Shown in pieces: positions 51,204-60,811 of a stretch of DNA of 64,000 nt. A program made the translations under genes and the position numbers. Under the pieces are notes generated by a model that was not told where the DNA came from, did not search any database, and was given only the letters and a program-made list of their open reading frames with translations. The DNA is from an uncultured Acidimicrobiales bacterium (GTDB lineage: Bacteria > Actinomycetota > Acidimicrobiia > Acidimicrobiales > DATKAS01): NCBI GenBank assembly GCA_963802505.1, contig CAWDJB010000002.1, forward strand, positions 235,815 through 299,814. The letters run 5' to 3'. Within the stretch, counting starts at the first letter, position 1. Every line of letters begins with the position of its first letter.

Positions 51204-52793
51204 GTGACCGCTGCCGACCTCTCTGCTGCCGCGTCCGTCGTCGACCTCGCCCACGGTGTGGTCCAGCAGGCCGTTCGTCGCCTGTCGGCCGCACCGGAGC
51301 CCGAATCCCAGCAAGCGGTGCTCTACGACGTTGCGCACGCCGCCGCCGGCGTCGAGATCGCTCGGTCGTTGCTCGACTACGGCGCCAAGGGCGACATCGA
51401 GGGCCGCCTCACCTGCGCGTTCGTGGCCGATGCGGCCCACGACGTGTCCGGTCGCATCCTCGGGCGCGAAGCCTTGTGGGGAGTCGAGCCCGGAGCGCTC
51501 GATGCAGCGCGATCGTTCATCGCCCGCTACCGCGACCCGGCGTTTCTCGTCGAGCTGTGCGGTGAACCGGGCCCGCGCCATCTCGACGCCGACTTCGAGC
51601 TCGCCGCCGAGACGTTCCGTCGCTTCGCCGACGAGCAGATCAAGCCCGTCGCCGAGCACGTGCACCGCACCAACGCGGACGTGCCCGAGGACCTGATCAC
51701 CGGCCTCGCCGAGATCGGCGTGTTCGGATTGTCGGTGCCCGAGGAGTACGGCGGCTTCGCGACCGGAGGCGAAAGCGACTACATGGGGATGGTCGTCGCG
51801 ACCGAGGAGCTGAGCCGCGGCTCACTCGGCATAGGCGGCTCCCTGATCACGCGTCCCGAGATCCTCACCCGTGCGCTCGTACGTGGCGGCACCGAAGAGC
51901 AGAAGCAGCGATGGCTCCCCGAGATCGCGAGTGGGTCAGTGATGGTCGCCGTGGCCGTGACCGAACCCGACTTCGGCTCGGACGTCGGAGGCATCAAGTC
52001 CACGGCGACGAAAGCGGACGGCCCGAACGGCGAGCCCGGATGGAGGATCAACGGGGTCAAGACGTGGTGCACGTTCGGCGCCCGAGCCGACGTGCTCATG
52101 CTCCTCGCGCGCACCGATCCCGATCGCACGAAGAAGCATCGGGGACTCTCGCTCTTCGTCGTCCCCAAGCCGCGTGGCGAGGGCCATGGCTTCGAGTTCT
52201 CCCAAGCGGGCGGCGGCAAGATCGAGGGTCGTGCGATCGACACGATCGGGTACCGGGGCATGCATTCGTACGAGGTAGCGCTCGACGGCTGGTGGGTGCC
52301 CGACGACTGCCTGATCGGTGGCGACGCCGGCATCGGCCGAGGCTTCTACTTGACGATGGAGGGCTTCGAGAACGGCCGCCTCCAGACGGCGGCGCGCGCC
52401 GTCGGTGTGATGCAGGCGGCCTACGAGGCCGCAGCGCAGTACGCGCAGGACCGCGTCGTCTTCGGGCGACCAGTCGGCGACTTCGAGCTCACGAAGGTGA
52501 AGCTCGCGCGCATGGCGGTGGTCATCCAAGCGGCGCGCCAGTTCGCGTACGAGGTCGCCCGCACGATGGCGAAGGGCGTCGGCACGCTGGAAGCGGCGAT
52601 GGTCAAGGCATACGTCTGCCGAGCGGCGGAGTGGGTCACCCGTGAGGCCATGCAGATCCACGGGGGCTACGGCTATGCCGAGGAGTACCCGGTGAGCCGT
52701 CTGTTCGTCGACGCCCGCGTGCTGTCGATCTTCGAGGGTGCCGACGAGATCCTGGCGCTCAGCGTGATCGGTCGTCGCCTGCTCGAACGATAG
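51204..52793 (+). CDS. Acyl-CoA dehydrogenase with ~150-aa N-terminal extension
   Basis: The C-terminal 380 aa carry ACAD motifs (AVTEPDFGSDV, QIHGGYGYAEEYPVSRLFVDARVLSIFEGADEI). The N-terminal helical extension is of unknown role. Confidence 0.85.
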   Translation: MTAADLSAAASVVDLAHGVVQQAVRRLSAAPEPESQQAVLYDVAHAAAGVEIARSLLDYGAKGDIEGRLTCAFVADAAHDVSGRILGREALWGVEPGALDAARSFIARYRDPAFLVELCGEPGPRHLDADFELAAETFRRFADEQIKPVAEHVHRTNADVPEDLITGLAEIGVFGLSVPEEYGGFATGGESDYMGMVVATEELSRGSLGIGGSLITRPEILTRALVRGGTEEQKQRWLPEIASGSVMVAVAVTEPDFGSDVGGIKSTATKADGPNGEPGWRINGVKTWCTFGARADVLMLLARTDPDRTKKHRGLSLFVVPKPRGEGHGFEFSQAGGGKIEGRAIDTIGYRGMHSYEVALDGWWVPDDCLIGGDAGIGRGFYLTMEGFENGRLQTAARAVGVMQAAYEAAAQYAQDRVVFGRPVGDFELTKVKLARMAVVIQAARQFAYEVARTMAKGVGTLEAAMVKAYVCRAAEWVTREAMQIHGGYGYAEEYPVSRLFVDARVLSIFEGADEILALSVIGRRLLER

Positions 52794-53463
52794 GCACGAG
52801 GTCGGCGACGGCCTTGATGCGCTCGTAGTCCGCACCGGCGTGGTCGTCGTAGGGGTCGAGCAGGAACGGCCGCATCCCCGCCGCACGCGCACCGACGACG
52901 TCGTTCGCGTACGAGTCACCGACGTAGGCGACGTGCTCGGGCTTCGCGTCGAGCACGTCGAGCGCGAACGAGAAGATCGCAGGGTCGGGCTTGGCGACGC
53001 CGACGATCGTCGAGTCGATGATGATCACGACCGGCACGCCGTCGCCCTCGCCGACCTGGCACACACCGAACCTTCGAAGCACCGATTCGATCTGGCCCGC
53101 GGCGTTGCTGACCACGCCGATCGGCACGCCGGCCTCGTGGAGCGATCGCAGCGCGACCACCGACGGCACGATCGGCCATCGCCACAGATGCGCGGTGCGG
53201 GTCGCCCCCAAGATCGTCGCCGCCTCGTCGCGTTCGTGCTCGGGGACACCGCATGCGACAACGTAGGCGTTGTCGTACACGTGCCAGTCGTCGTGGACCT
53301 TGCCCTCGAAGTCTTGGGTGCGCATCGCCGCGTAGTGGGCACGCACCAGTGACTCGGTCGAGGTGTTCGCGCCATACGGAGCGAGCAGAGGCGCGAGCAC
53401 CGTGGGGTCGGGCAGCAGCAGCACGCCGCCCGCGTCGAAGAGGACAGCGTCGATCGAGGTCAC
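52759..53463 (-). CDS. HAD-superfamily hydrolase
   Basis: Motif I is AVLFDAGGVL (DxG variant). Motif IV is VGDSYANDV. Confidence 0.75.
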   Translation of the reverse strand: MTSIDAVLFDAGGVLLLPDPTVLAPLLAPYGANTSTESLVRAHYAAMRTQDFEGKVHDDWHVYDNAYVVACGVPEHERDEAATILGATRTAHLWRWPIVPSVVALRSLHEAGVPIGVVSNAAGQIESVLRRFGVCQVGEGDGVPVVIIIDSTIVGVAKPDPAIFSFALDVLDAKPEHVAYVGDSYANDVVGARAAGMRPFLLDPYDDHAGADYERIKAVADLVPIVRAGDDRSR

Positions 53464-53470
53464 GGCGGGT

Positions 53471-54412
53471 TCAGCTCGCAGACCGACGGAACCCTGCTCG
53501 CTCCCCCCGGCGCACGAACTTGGTCGCCATCTTGCGGGATGCCTCGTCGATCATCTCGTCGCCGAACATCACCGCACCCTTGCGGTCGCCCTCGGTCGTC
53601 GCCTTCTCGTACGCATCGAGGATGTCCCACGCCCGGTCGAACTGCTCCTGCGTGGGCGAGAAGATCTCGTTGAGGATGTCGACCTGGTCGGGGTGCAGCG
53701 CCCACTTGCCGTCGTAGCCGAGCACCTTGGTGCGCTGGCAGTAGTCGCGGAACGCGTCGGGCTCACGGATCTTGAGGAAGGGCCCGTCGATCACCTGCAG
53801 CCCGTTGGCGCGCCCGGCCATGAGGATCTTCGAGAAGACGTAGTGGAAGTGGTCGCCCGGGTACTCGGGGATCTGCACTCCGCCGGTGAGCACCGGCATC
53901 TCCATCGACGCGGCGAAGTCGGCCGGGCCGAAGATGATCGTCTCGAGTCGCGGTGAGGCGGCGCAGATCTCCTCGACGTTGATGAGCCCACGCGTCGTCT
54001 CGATCTGGGCCTCGATGCCGATGTGTCCGGCGGGCAGGCCCGCCTTGATCTCGACCTGGGTGAGGAGGAGGTCGAGCGCCACCACCTCGGCGGCGGACTG
54101 CACCTTCGGAAGCATCACCTCTTCGAGGCGGATGCCGGCCTGGCCGACCACCTCGATCACGTCGAACACCGTCCATTCGGTGTCCCACGCGTTGATCCGG
54201 ACGCAGAGCACCTTGTCGCCCCAATCCTGCGTCTTGATCGCGTCGACGACCTTCGCCCGGGAGGCTTCCTTCTCGAGCGGCGACACCGAATCCTCGAGGT
54301 CGAGGAAGACCATGTCGGCCGGAAGGCCGGGCGCCTTGCCCAACATCTTCTCGCTGGACCCCGGCACGGAGAGGCACGAGCGACGCGGCAGCTCACGAGT
54401 GCGTGCAGACAT
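53471..54412 (-). CDS. HpcH/CitE-like acyl-CoA lyase (citryl/malyl/citramalyl-CoA lyase family)
   Basis: From ATG 54412 (MSARTRELPRRSCLSVPGSSEKML). FLDLEDSV, MLPKV and FGPADF motifs of the CitE/Mcl family are present. Confidence 0.8.
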   Translation of the reverse strand: MSARTRELPRRSCLSVPGSSEKMLGKAPGLPADMVFLDLEDSVSPLEKEASRAKVVDAIKTQDWGDKVLCVRINAWDTEWTVFDVIEVVGQAGIRLEEVMLPKVQSAAEVVALDLLLTQVEIKAGLPAGHIGIEAQIETTRGLINVEEICAASPRLETIIFGPADFAASMEMPVLTGGVQIPEYPGDHFHYVFSKILMAGRANGLQVIDGPFLKIREPDAFRDYCQRTKVLGYDGKWALHPDQVDILNEIFSPTQEQFDRAWDILDAYEKATTEGDRKGAVMFGDEMIDEASRKMATKFVRRGERAGFRRSAS

Positions 54413-54450
54413 GGGCCGCAGCCTACGCGCCGGACGTATGCTCCCCCGCC

Positions 54451-54954
54451 GTGAGCATCGATCGATTCCCCGTCGAAGCCGGTCACATCGCGTTGTTCGC
54501 CCGCGCGATCGGCGATCCCAACCCCGCCTACTACGGAGCGCTGTCCGGTGACGAGCCGGTGCCCGCACCGCCCACCTTCGCCCAGGCGAGCGCCCAGTTC
54601 GACCCCGACTACTTCCTGCGCCCGAAGATCGGCCAACTGTGGTTCGGTTCGGGTCGGGAAGCCACGGGCCTGAAGCGCGAGGGCGGCAGTGGTGGCGGAG
54701 GCGGCGGAGGAGGTGGTGGAGGCGGCGGCCTCCACGCCGAGCAGCATTTCGAATACCACCGGCCGCTGCGGGCGGGCGACGTGCTCACCGGCACGGTCAA
54801 ACCCGGCAACACATGGGAGAAGCAGGGCCGCCGCGGCGGCAAGCTCGTGTTCTCCGAGTCGGTGACCGAGTACCGAGACCAGAACGGCGAGCTGGTAGTC
54901 ACCGCCCGTGGCGTGGGTGTCCGCACCGAGACCGTCGTCCAACAGGAGGCGTGA
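54451..54954 (+). CDS. Hot-dog fold dehydratase subunit (HadA/MaoC-N-like) with a 16-residue Gly/Ser insert
   Basis: FPVEAGHIALFARAIGDPNPAY is typical of the N-terminal half-dehydratase family. It contains GGSGGGGGGGGGGGGG (54682..54729). The start is GTG 54451 or 54403. Confidence 0.7.
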   Translation: MSIDRFPVEAGHIALFARAIGDPNPAYYGALSGDEPVPAPPTFAQASAQFDPDYFLRPKIGQLWFGSGREATGLKREGGSGGGGGGGGGGGGGLHAEQHFEYHRPLRAGDVLTGTVKPGNTWEKQGRRGGKLVFSESVTEYRDQNGELVVTARGVGVRTETVVQQEA

Positions 54955-54955
54955 C

Positions 54956-55351
54956 ATGGCGAGCGTGAAGCAGGGCGACCAGCGCACGTTGGTGCTCACC
55001 GAGGACCTCACTCGCACACAGATCGTGCAGTACGCGGGCGCGTCGGGCGACTACAACCCGCTGCACACCGACGACCTGTTCACCCGCGAGATCGCTGGCT
55101 ACCCCGGAGTGTTCGCGCACGGGATGCTCACGATGGGCATGACCGGCCGGGTGCTCACCGACTGGTTCGGCGCCGAGGGCCTCCTGTCCTACGGCGTGCG
55201 GTTCGTGAAGCAGGTGTGGCCCGGCGATGCGCTCACTGCGACCGCAACGGTGACGTCGGTGAACGACGGCGTGGCCGAGCTCACCGTCGAGACCGTGAAC
55301 CAGGCCGGCGAGCCGGTCGTCACAGGCACTGCAAAGGCGCGGGTCGAGTAG
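54956..55351 (+). CDS. MaoC-like dehydratase subunit (HadB/HadC-like)
   Basis: From ATG 54956. YAGASGDYNPLHTDDLF..E.AGYPGVFAHGML is the hydratase 2 motif. Confidence 0.75.
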   Translation: MASVKQGDQRTLVLTEDLTRTQIVQYAGASGDYNPLHTDDLFTREIAGYPGVFAHGMLTMGMTGRVLTDWFGAEGLLSYGVRFVKQVWPGDALTATATVTSVNDGVAELTVETVNQAGEPVVTGTAKARVE

Positions 55352-55361
55352 TCCGAGACGA

Positions 55362-56633
55362 TCAGGCGTCGTAGCGCAACAGGTCGTCGTACGTCTCGCG
55401 GCGTACGACGACCCGCGCGTTCCCGTCACGAACGAACACCACGGCGGGCCGCGGGACCTTGTTGTAGTTCGATCCCATCGAGTGCCCGTAGGCCCCGGTG
55501 ACGGGGGTGCAGAGCACATCCCCGACGGCGATGTCTTCGGGGACGTGGGCGTTGTGCACGAGCACGTCGCCCGACTCGCAGTGCTTGCCGACGATGCGGA
55601 CGACCTGCGGGCGGCCAGCGTTGGTCGCTCGCGGGAGAAACGCCTCGTAGCCGCTGCCGTACAGCACCGGCCGCGGGTTGTCGCTCATGCCACCGTCCAC
55701 AGCGAGATAGGTGCGCAAGCCGGGCAGCTGCTTGATGGTGCCGACGGTGTAGAGGGTCACCGCCGCGGACGCGACGATCGACCGCCCCGGTTCCGCGGCG
55801 AGGGGCGCGGACAGCGAGTGCTGTTCGGCGGCCGCGTGCAGCACGTGCGCCCACTGCGAAAGCGTCGCGGCCTCCTCGCCCTCGACGTAGGCGACACCGA
55901 GCCCACCGCCCACGATGAGCTCGGGAAGCCCGCAGTCCTTCACGAACGGCGACAGCACCTCGATCGCGGCGCGGAACGACTCGACCGCGAACACCTGACT
56001 GCCGATGTGGGCGTGGAGCCCGACGAGATCGACGGAGGGTGACGCGGACGCTCGCTCGACCGCCCGCAGGGCGTCGCCGGCGGCCAGGCCGAACCCGAAC
56101 TTCGAGTCGTCTTGCCCGGTCTTCACGTACTCGTGGGTGTGCGCCTCGATTCCGGGCGTGACCCGCAGCAGCACCGATGGCGCGAGCCCGTCCTCCGAGT
56201 GCAGCGCGTCGAGACGGTCGAGCTCGTCGAACGAGTCGACGACCGTGCGCCCGACGGCCGCAGTTCGGGCCATGCGGAGCTCGTCCGCGCTCTTGTTGTT
56301 GCCGTGGAGCACGAGGCGCTCGGGCGGAAAGCCGGCAGCCAGGGCGACGTGGAGCTCCCCGCCGGTCGCGACATCGAGACGCAGCCCTTCCTCGTCGACG
56401 AGCCGCGCCATCGCGCGGCACAGGAACGCCTTCGACGCGTAGATCGCGAGGTTCGGTCCGAACGCCGCGACGGCCTCACGACAGCGAGACCGCAGATGCT
56501 CCTCGTCGTACACGAACAGAGGAGTGCCGTGCTCGGCCGCGAGGTCGAGGAGGTCGACGCCGCCGATCGACAGGCGACCGTGCGCGTCGACGGAAGAAGT
56601 GTCAGGCAGGAGATGGCGCGGGATCGCGCTCAC
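55362..56633 (-). CDS. lysA: Diaminopimelate decarboxylase
   Basis: From GTG 56633 (GTGA overlap with the argS stop). Motifs YASKAF, HAHIGSQ, GGGLGV and CESGD are present. Confidence 0.9.
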   Translation of the reverse strand: MSAIPRHLLPDTSSVDAHGRLSIGGVDLLDLAAEHGTPLFVYDEEHLRSRCREAVAAFGPNLAIYASKAFLCRAMARLVDEEGLRLDVATGGELHVALAAGFPPERLVLHGNNKSADELRMARTAAVGRTVVDSFDELDRLDALHSEDGLAPSVLLRVTPGIEAHTHEYVKTGQDDSKFGFGLAAGDALRAVERASASPSVDLVGLHAHIGSQVFAVESFRAAIEVLSPFVKDCGLPELIVGGGLGVAYVEGEEAATLSQWAHVLHAAAEQHSLSAPLAAEPGRSIVASAAVTLYTVGTIKQLPGLRTYLAVDGGMSDNPRPVLYGSGYEAFLPRATNAGRPQVVRIVGKHCESGDVLVHNAHVPEDIAVGDVLCTPVTGAYGHSMGSNYNKVPRPAVVFVRDGNARVVVRRETYDDLLRYDA

Positions 56634-58237
56634 ATCGAATCGGGGGCGTGCACGCCGAGCACGTCGAGGCCGATCGCAAGGCCGATCCGTACTGCCTCGA
56701 CGAGCCAGAGTCGAGCTTGAGTGAGCTCGGGGCTGACGCCCTCCCCCATCACGTAGCAGTCGTGGTAGAAGCCGTGGAACCGGTCGGCGAGCTCGCGCAC
56801 CCACGTCGTGATCTTGTGCGGCGCGCGCTCCTCGAGCGCCGCCTGCATCACGTGGGGCAGCTCGAACAGCGTGCGCAACAGATCGAGCTCGCGCTCGTGC
56901 ACGAGGAGCGCGACGTCGACGTCCGCGAGCGGCAATCGGTCGACGCCGCGCTCGGCGGCGACGCGGTTGATCGACACGATGCGGGCATGCGCGTACTGCA
57001 CGTAGTACACGGGATTCTCCCGTGATTGCTCACGGATCACGTCGAGGTCGATGGTGGTCGCGGAGTCGACCGACGAGAGAAGGGTGAGCAGGCGAGTCGC
57101 ATCCGGGCCGATGTCCTCGATGAGCTCGGACAGATCCACGGTGTTCCCCAGGCGTTTCGACATGCGGCCCGACGCCAGGGAGACCATCTGGCCGATCTTC
57201 ACCTCGAGCTGGCCGCGAGGCACGCCGAGCGCCTCGACCGCGGCGAGCAGGCTCGGCACCTGGGCCTGGTGGTCCGCGCCCCAGACGTCGATGACCCGGT
57301 CGTACCCGCGGATCATGAACTTGTTGCGGTGGTATGCGATGTCGCCGCCGAGGTAGGTGACGTCGCCATTGGACTTGATGACGACGCGCTCCTTGCGGGG
57401 ATCACCGAAGTCTTCGGTGCGCAACCACGTCGCGCCCTCGCGATCGAAGATGAGCCCCTTTGCCCGGAGCACCTCGATCGTCTCGGCCACGGCGCCGCTC
57501 TCTTCGATCGAAGCCTGGCTGTACCACTCGTCGTAATGGATGTTGATCGACTCGAGCGTGGTCTTGATGTCGGCGAGCACCTGCTCGCCGCCCCAGCGGC
57601 CGGCCTCGGCCACATCGTCGGGACCGTCGTACCGCGCCGCGAGGTCCGCGACGAACTGTCCCGGATAGCCGTCCTCGGGAACGGGCTGCCCGTGCTTGCG
57701 GGCAAGCAGGCTCTCGCCGAAGCGCCGCACCTGTCCCCCGGTGTCGTTGACGTAGTACTCGCGGGTCACCTCGTGCCCGGTGCGCTCGAACAGCCGAGCA
57801 AGGGCGTCGCCGTAGGAAGCGAACCACCCGTTGCCGACGTGGAGCGGGCCGGTCGGGTTCGCGGAGACGAACTCGACCATCACCCGCTCGCCATGGCCGA
57901 GATCAGGCTTGGCGTAGCCGTCGACGCCCGACTCGACGACGTCGCGGAGCACCTCGTAGAGCCACGTCTCTCGCAGGCGGAAGTTGACGAAGCCGGGGCC
58001 TGCGACCTCGACGGTCTCGACGTGGGGGATGTGAGCGTCGTTCAGCGACGCAGCGAGCTCTGACGCGAGCTCGCGCGGGTTGCGACCGGCGGCCTTCGCC
58101 GTTGCCAACGCCACATTCGTCGACCAGTCGCCGTGCTCGGGCACCCGCGGCCGCTCGAGCACGATCTCGGCGGGGGGATCGACCCCGAGCGCAGCCAGCG
58201 AGGCGCGCACCGCCGCCGAGAGGTCGTCCCTGATCAC
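56630..58237 (-). CDS. argS: Arginyl-tRNA synthetase
   Basis: From GTG 58237. SANPTGPLHVGNG (HIGH region) and the MSKR-like RMSKRLGN motif are present, with the anticodon-binding C-terminus YVQYAHARI. Confidence 0.9.
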   Translation of the reverse strand: MIRDDLSAAVRASLAALGVDPPAEIVLERPRVPEHGDWSTNVALATAKAAGRNPRELASELAASLNDAHIPHVETVEVAGPGFVNFRLRETWLYEVLRDVVESGVDGYAKPDLGHGERVMVEFVSANPTGPLHVGNGWFASYGDALARLFERTGHEVTREYYVNDTGGQVRRFGESLLARKHGQPVPEDGYPGQFVADLAARYDGPDDVAEAGRWGGEQVLADIKTTLESINIHYDEWYSQASIEESGAVAETIEVLRAKGLIFDREGATWLRTEDFGDPRKERVVIKSNGDVTYLGGDIAYHRNKFMIRGYDRVIDVWGADHQAQVPSLLAAVEALGVPRGQLEVKIGQMVSLASGRMSKRLGNTVDLSELIEDIGPDATRLLTLLSSVDSATTIDLDVIREQSRENPVYYVQYAHARIVSINRVAAERGVDRLPLADVDVALLVHERELDLLRTLFELPHVMQAALEERAPHKITTWVRELADRFHGFYHDCYVMGEGVSPELTQARLWLVEAVRIGLAIGLDVLGVHAPDSM

Positions 58238-58261
58238 CCGCTGATCGTAACGTTCGCTCCT

Positions 58262-59062
58262 GTGCTCACCTCCCTGAGAACCGGACAGACCCTCGCGTTC
58301 GATCGCGTCGGTGATCCGGACGCACCGCCGATCGCGCTCCTTCACGGATTGTCGGGCAGCCGGCTCGCATACCGCGAGGTCGTGGGTCACGTGCGTGGTG
58401 ACGTGTGGAACATCGACCTGCGCGGTCACGGCGAGTCGAGCCGCGCCACGCTCGACGCCTACGACGCCGCGAGCTACGCGGCCGACATCGCGGCGCTCAT
58501 CGAGCTCGAAGTCGGAAGACCCGCCGTCGTCGTCGGCCATTCGCTCGGCGGGGTCGTGGCCGCCGAGCTCGCCTGCTCCCGTCCCGATCTGGTCACCGCG
58601 GTGTTCCTCGAAGATCCGCCGCTCTACGAGGGCGACGCCGATCGCCGCAGCAGCAGCCCCACCGCGAAGTTCTTCCCGCAGATGATCGCCGCGGTCCGCG
58701 AGCTCCAGGCACGAGGTGCTCCCGCCGAGGACTACATGTCGCTCGTCGTCGAGCCGACACCGGAGGAAGCCTCCGCGCGTTGTGCGTCACTGCATCGTTG
58801 GGATCCGACGACGATGGAAGCCGCGGTCGCAGGCATCGTGTGGCGCGGGTTCGATCCCGACGCAACGCTCGGCTGCCCGGTGACGGTCGTCCGCGCCGAC
58901 CCAACGCTCGCGGTGTTCACGCCCGACGACGCCGAGCGTTACGCGGCTGCGAATCCGCACGCACACATCCACGAGGTGCCGGGCGCCTCGCACACCGTGC
59001 ACGCCTCGCCGACGCTCGACGTCTACCTGTCACACCTCACGGCATTTCTCGCGTCGCCATGA
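58262..59062 (+). CDS. Alpha/beta-fold hydrolase
   Basis: From GTG 58262. IALLHGLSGS and nucleophile elbow GHSLGG. Confidence 0.75.
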   Translation: MLTSLRTGQTLAFDRVGDPDAPPIALLHGLSGSRLAYREVVGHVRGDVWNIDLRGHGESSRATLDAYDAASYAADIAALIELEVGRPAVVVGHSLGGVVAAELACSRPDLVTAVFLEDPPLYEGDADRRSSSPTAKFFPQMIAAVRELQARGAPAEDYMSLVVEPTPEEASARCASLHRWDPTTMEAAVAGIVWRGFDPDATLGCPVTVVRADPTLAVFTPDDAERYAAANPHAHIHEVPGASHTVHASPTLDVYLSHLTAFLASP

Positions 59063-60548
59063 CCTCGGCGACGGCGAGCACCATGAGGTGAGTGTTCGCC
59101 CGCGGCACTGAGGGGAACACCGACGCGTCGATGACGCGGAGCCCATCGACGCCCTTCACGCGGCAGTACGCGTCGACCACCGCGTCGTCGCCCACGCCCA
59201 TCCGCGCCGTGCCGCAGATGTGCTGCGCGTCACCTGCGACCCGGACAGCCCACGTCGCGATCTCCTCATCGCTTGCGTCGACGGCCGGCAGCGCCTCCCC
59301 GAACCGGTCGATCGGAGCCCCCGTCGTGATCGCGCGCACCTCTTCGGATGAGGCGAGCTCGACGATGCGCCGGACACCGTCGACCATCCGAGTGCGGTCG
59401 CGCTCGTCGCTGATCATGTCCTCCTCGATGATCGGGTCGGCGGCCGGGTCGGGGGACGCGAGGCGGAGTGTGCCTTCCGAATAGCACTGGTTGATCCACA
59501 CGCCCATGAGCCCGACCGGCGCGATCGGTGTGCGGTTCATCCCGACGATCATCATGTCGTTGCGGCCCGCTCCCGCGAGGCCCGACGAGTAGCGCACACA
59601 CACGTTGGTGTGGCGATCGAACGGAGTCGCGGGCTGCGCCTCGTCGCGCAGTGGGAGGACAGCGAAGACGACCGGGTGATCTTGGAGGTGCTGCCCGACG
59701 GGCAGGTCGACATCGAGACCCGGCCCGATGCCCGAGCGGAGGAGGATGGCAGGCGAGTGCACCGCGCCCGCGCTGAGCACGATCTCGCCGGCCTCCACCG
59801 TGGTCCACGCGCCGTCGAGCTGCACACGCACGCCGGCCGCTCGACCGCCATCGAGGACCACTCGATCGACGAGGGCGTCGCCGATGATCCGCAGGTTCGG
59901 ACGGTCGCGCGCCGGCTCGAGGTACGCGTCGTTCGTCGTGACCCGCTCCTCGCGCACCGGATCGCCATTGATCGCGTACGGCGACACGCCTGAACCGGTC
60001 GGTGCGTTGTGGTCGGCGCACCAGCCATAACCGGTGCCGAGTGCCGCATCGCGCAACGCTCGATCGACCGCGCCCCACCGCTCTTGCGGGATGCGGAAGA
60101 TCGGCATCGGCCCGTCGGCCCCGTGCCACGGGTCGCCGCCGAAGTCGTGCTCGGTCTCGAGCCGGCGGTACGCGGGCAACACGTCATCCCACCGCCAGCC
60201 CGGCAAGCCCCACTCGTCGTGATCTTCGGGCACCGGCCGGATCGCCAGGATCCCGTTGATCGTGGACGAGCCACCCATGCCCCGCCCCCGCCAGAACAGC
60301 TCGGGCTCTTGCAGCCGCGTGCGCCTCGCCTGCAATGCGGAGTACTGCAGCGCCTCGAACTTGTCTTGCCCGATGACGAGACCGGGGTTCAGCGAGCGCA
60401 CCTCTACCGCCGCATCGGTCGGCCTCCAGTCGGGACCTGCCTCGAGCAGGAGGACCGACCGATGCGAATCCTCACTCAGCCGGGAGGCGAGCACGCATCC
60501 GGCTGAGCCGCCTCCCACGATGACGACATCGGCTACGAGCCCAGTCAT
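59037..60548 (-). CDS. GMC-family FAD oxidoreductase (choline dehydrogenase-like)
   Basis: DVVIVGGGSAGCVLASRLSED, GGSSTINGIL and the C-terminal active site HICGTARMG...V.DASVFP. Confidence 0.85.
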   Translation of the reverse strand: MTGLVADVVIVGGGSAGCVLASRLSEDSHRSVLLLEAGPDWRPTDAAVEVRSLNPGLVIGQDKFEALQYSALQARRTRLQEPELFWRGRGMGGSSTINGILAIRPVPEDHDEWGLPGWRWDDVLPAYRRLETEHDFGGDPWHGADGPMPIFRIPQERWGAVDRALRDAALGTGYGWCADHNAPTGSGVSPYAINGDPVREERVTTNDAYLEPARDRPNLRIIGDALVDRVVLDGGRAAGVRVQLDGAWTTVEAGEIVLSAGAVHSPAILLRSGIGPGLDVDLPVGQHLQDHPVVFAVLPLRDEAQPATPFDRHTNVCVRYSSGLAGAGRNDMMIVGMNRTPIAPVGLMGVWINQCYSEGTLRLASPDPAADPIIEEDMISDERDRTRMVDGVRRIVELASSEEVRAITTGAPIDRFGEALPAVDASDEEIATWAVRVAGDAQHICGTARMGVGDDAVVDAYCRVKGVDGLRVIDASVFPSVPRANTHLMVLAVAEVMATREMP

Positions 60549-60685
60549 CGCGGGAGTCTGACATGCGTCATTCCAGACCCATGGCCCTCGCCATCGTGTG
60601 GAAGAGATCGGTCTGGTCGGTGATGCCGAGTTGCGCGACGGAGCCGATCGAGCGAACTGTCGAGACGACTACCCTTCGAATCCCC

Positions 60686-60757
60686 GCCCTCGTAGCTCAG
60701 GGGATAGAGCATCGGCCTCCGGAGCCGGGTGCGCAGGTTCGAATCCTGCCGAGGGCG
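60686..60757 (+). tRNA. tRNA-Arg (anticodon CCG)
   Basis: Cloverleaf read by eye. Acceptor GCCCTCG/CGAGGGC, D arm GCTC-AGGGGATA-GAGC, anticodon arm TCGGC-CTCCGGA-GCCGG (U33, CCG, G37), T arm GCAGG-TTCGAAT-CCTGC, discriminator G. CCA is not encoded. Confidence 0.9.
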
Positions 60758-60777
60758 CTGCAGGGAATCCGCCCGGC

Positions 60778-60805
60778 TTGACGCATTCCTATATCGGAAT
60801 ATGAT
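60778..60805 (+). promoter_or_regulatory. Promoter plus inverted repeat upstream of the arsR-like gene (leaderless geometry)
   Basis: TTGACG (60778..60783), a 16-nt spacer, then TATGAT (60800..60805). ATG 60812 is 6 nt after the -10 element. The spacer holds ATTCC-TATATC-GGAAT, a plausible autoregulatory ArsR/SmtB site. Confidence 0.35.
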
Positions 60806-60811
60806 CGCGCC

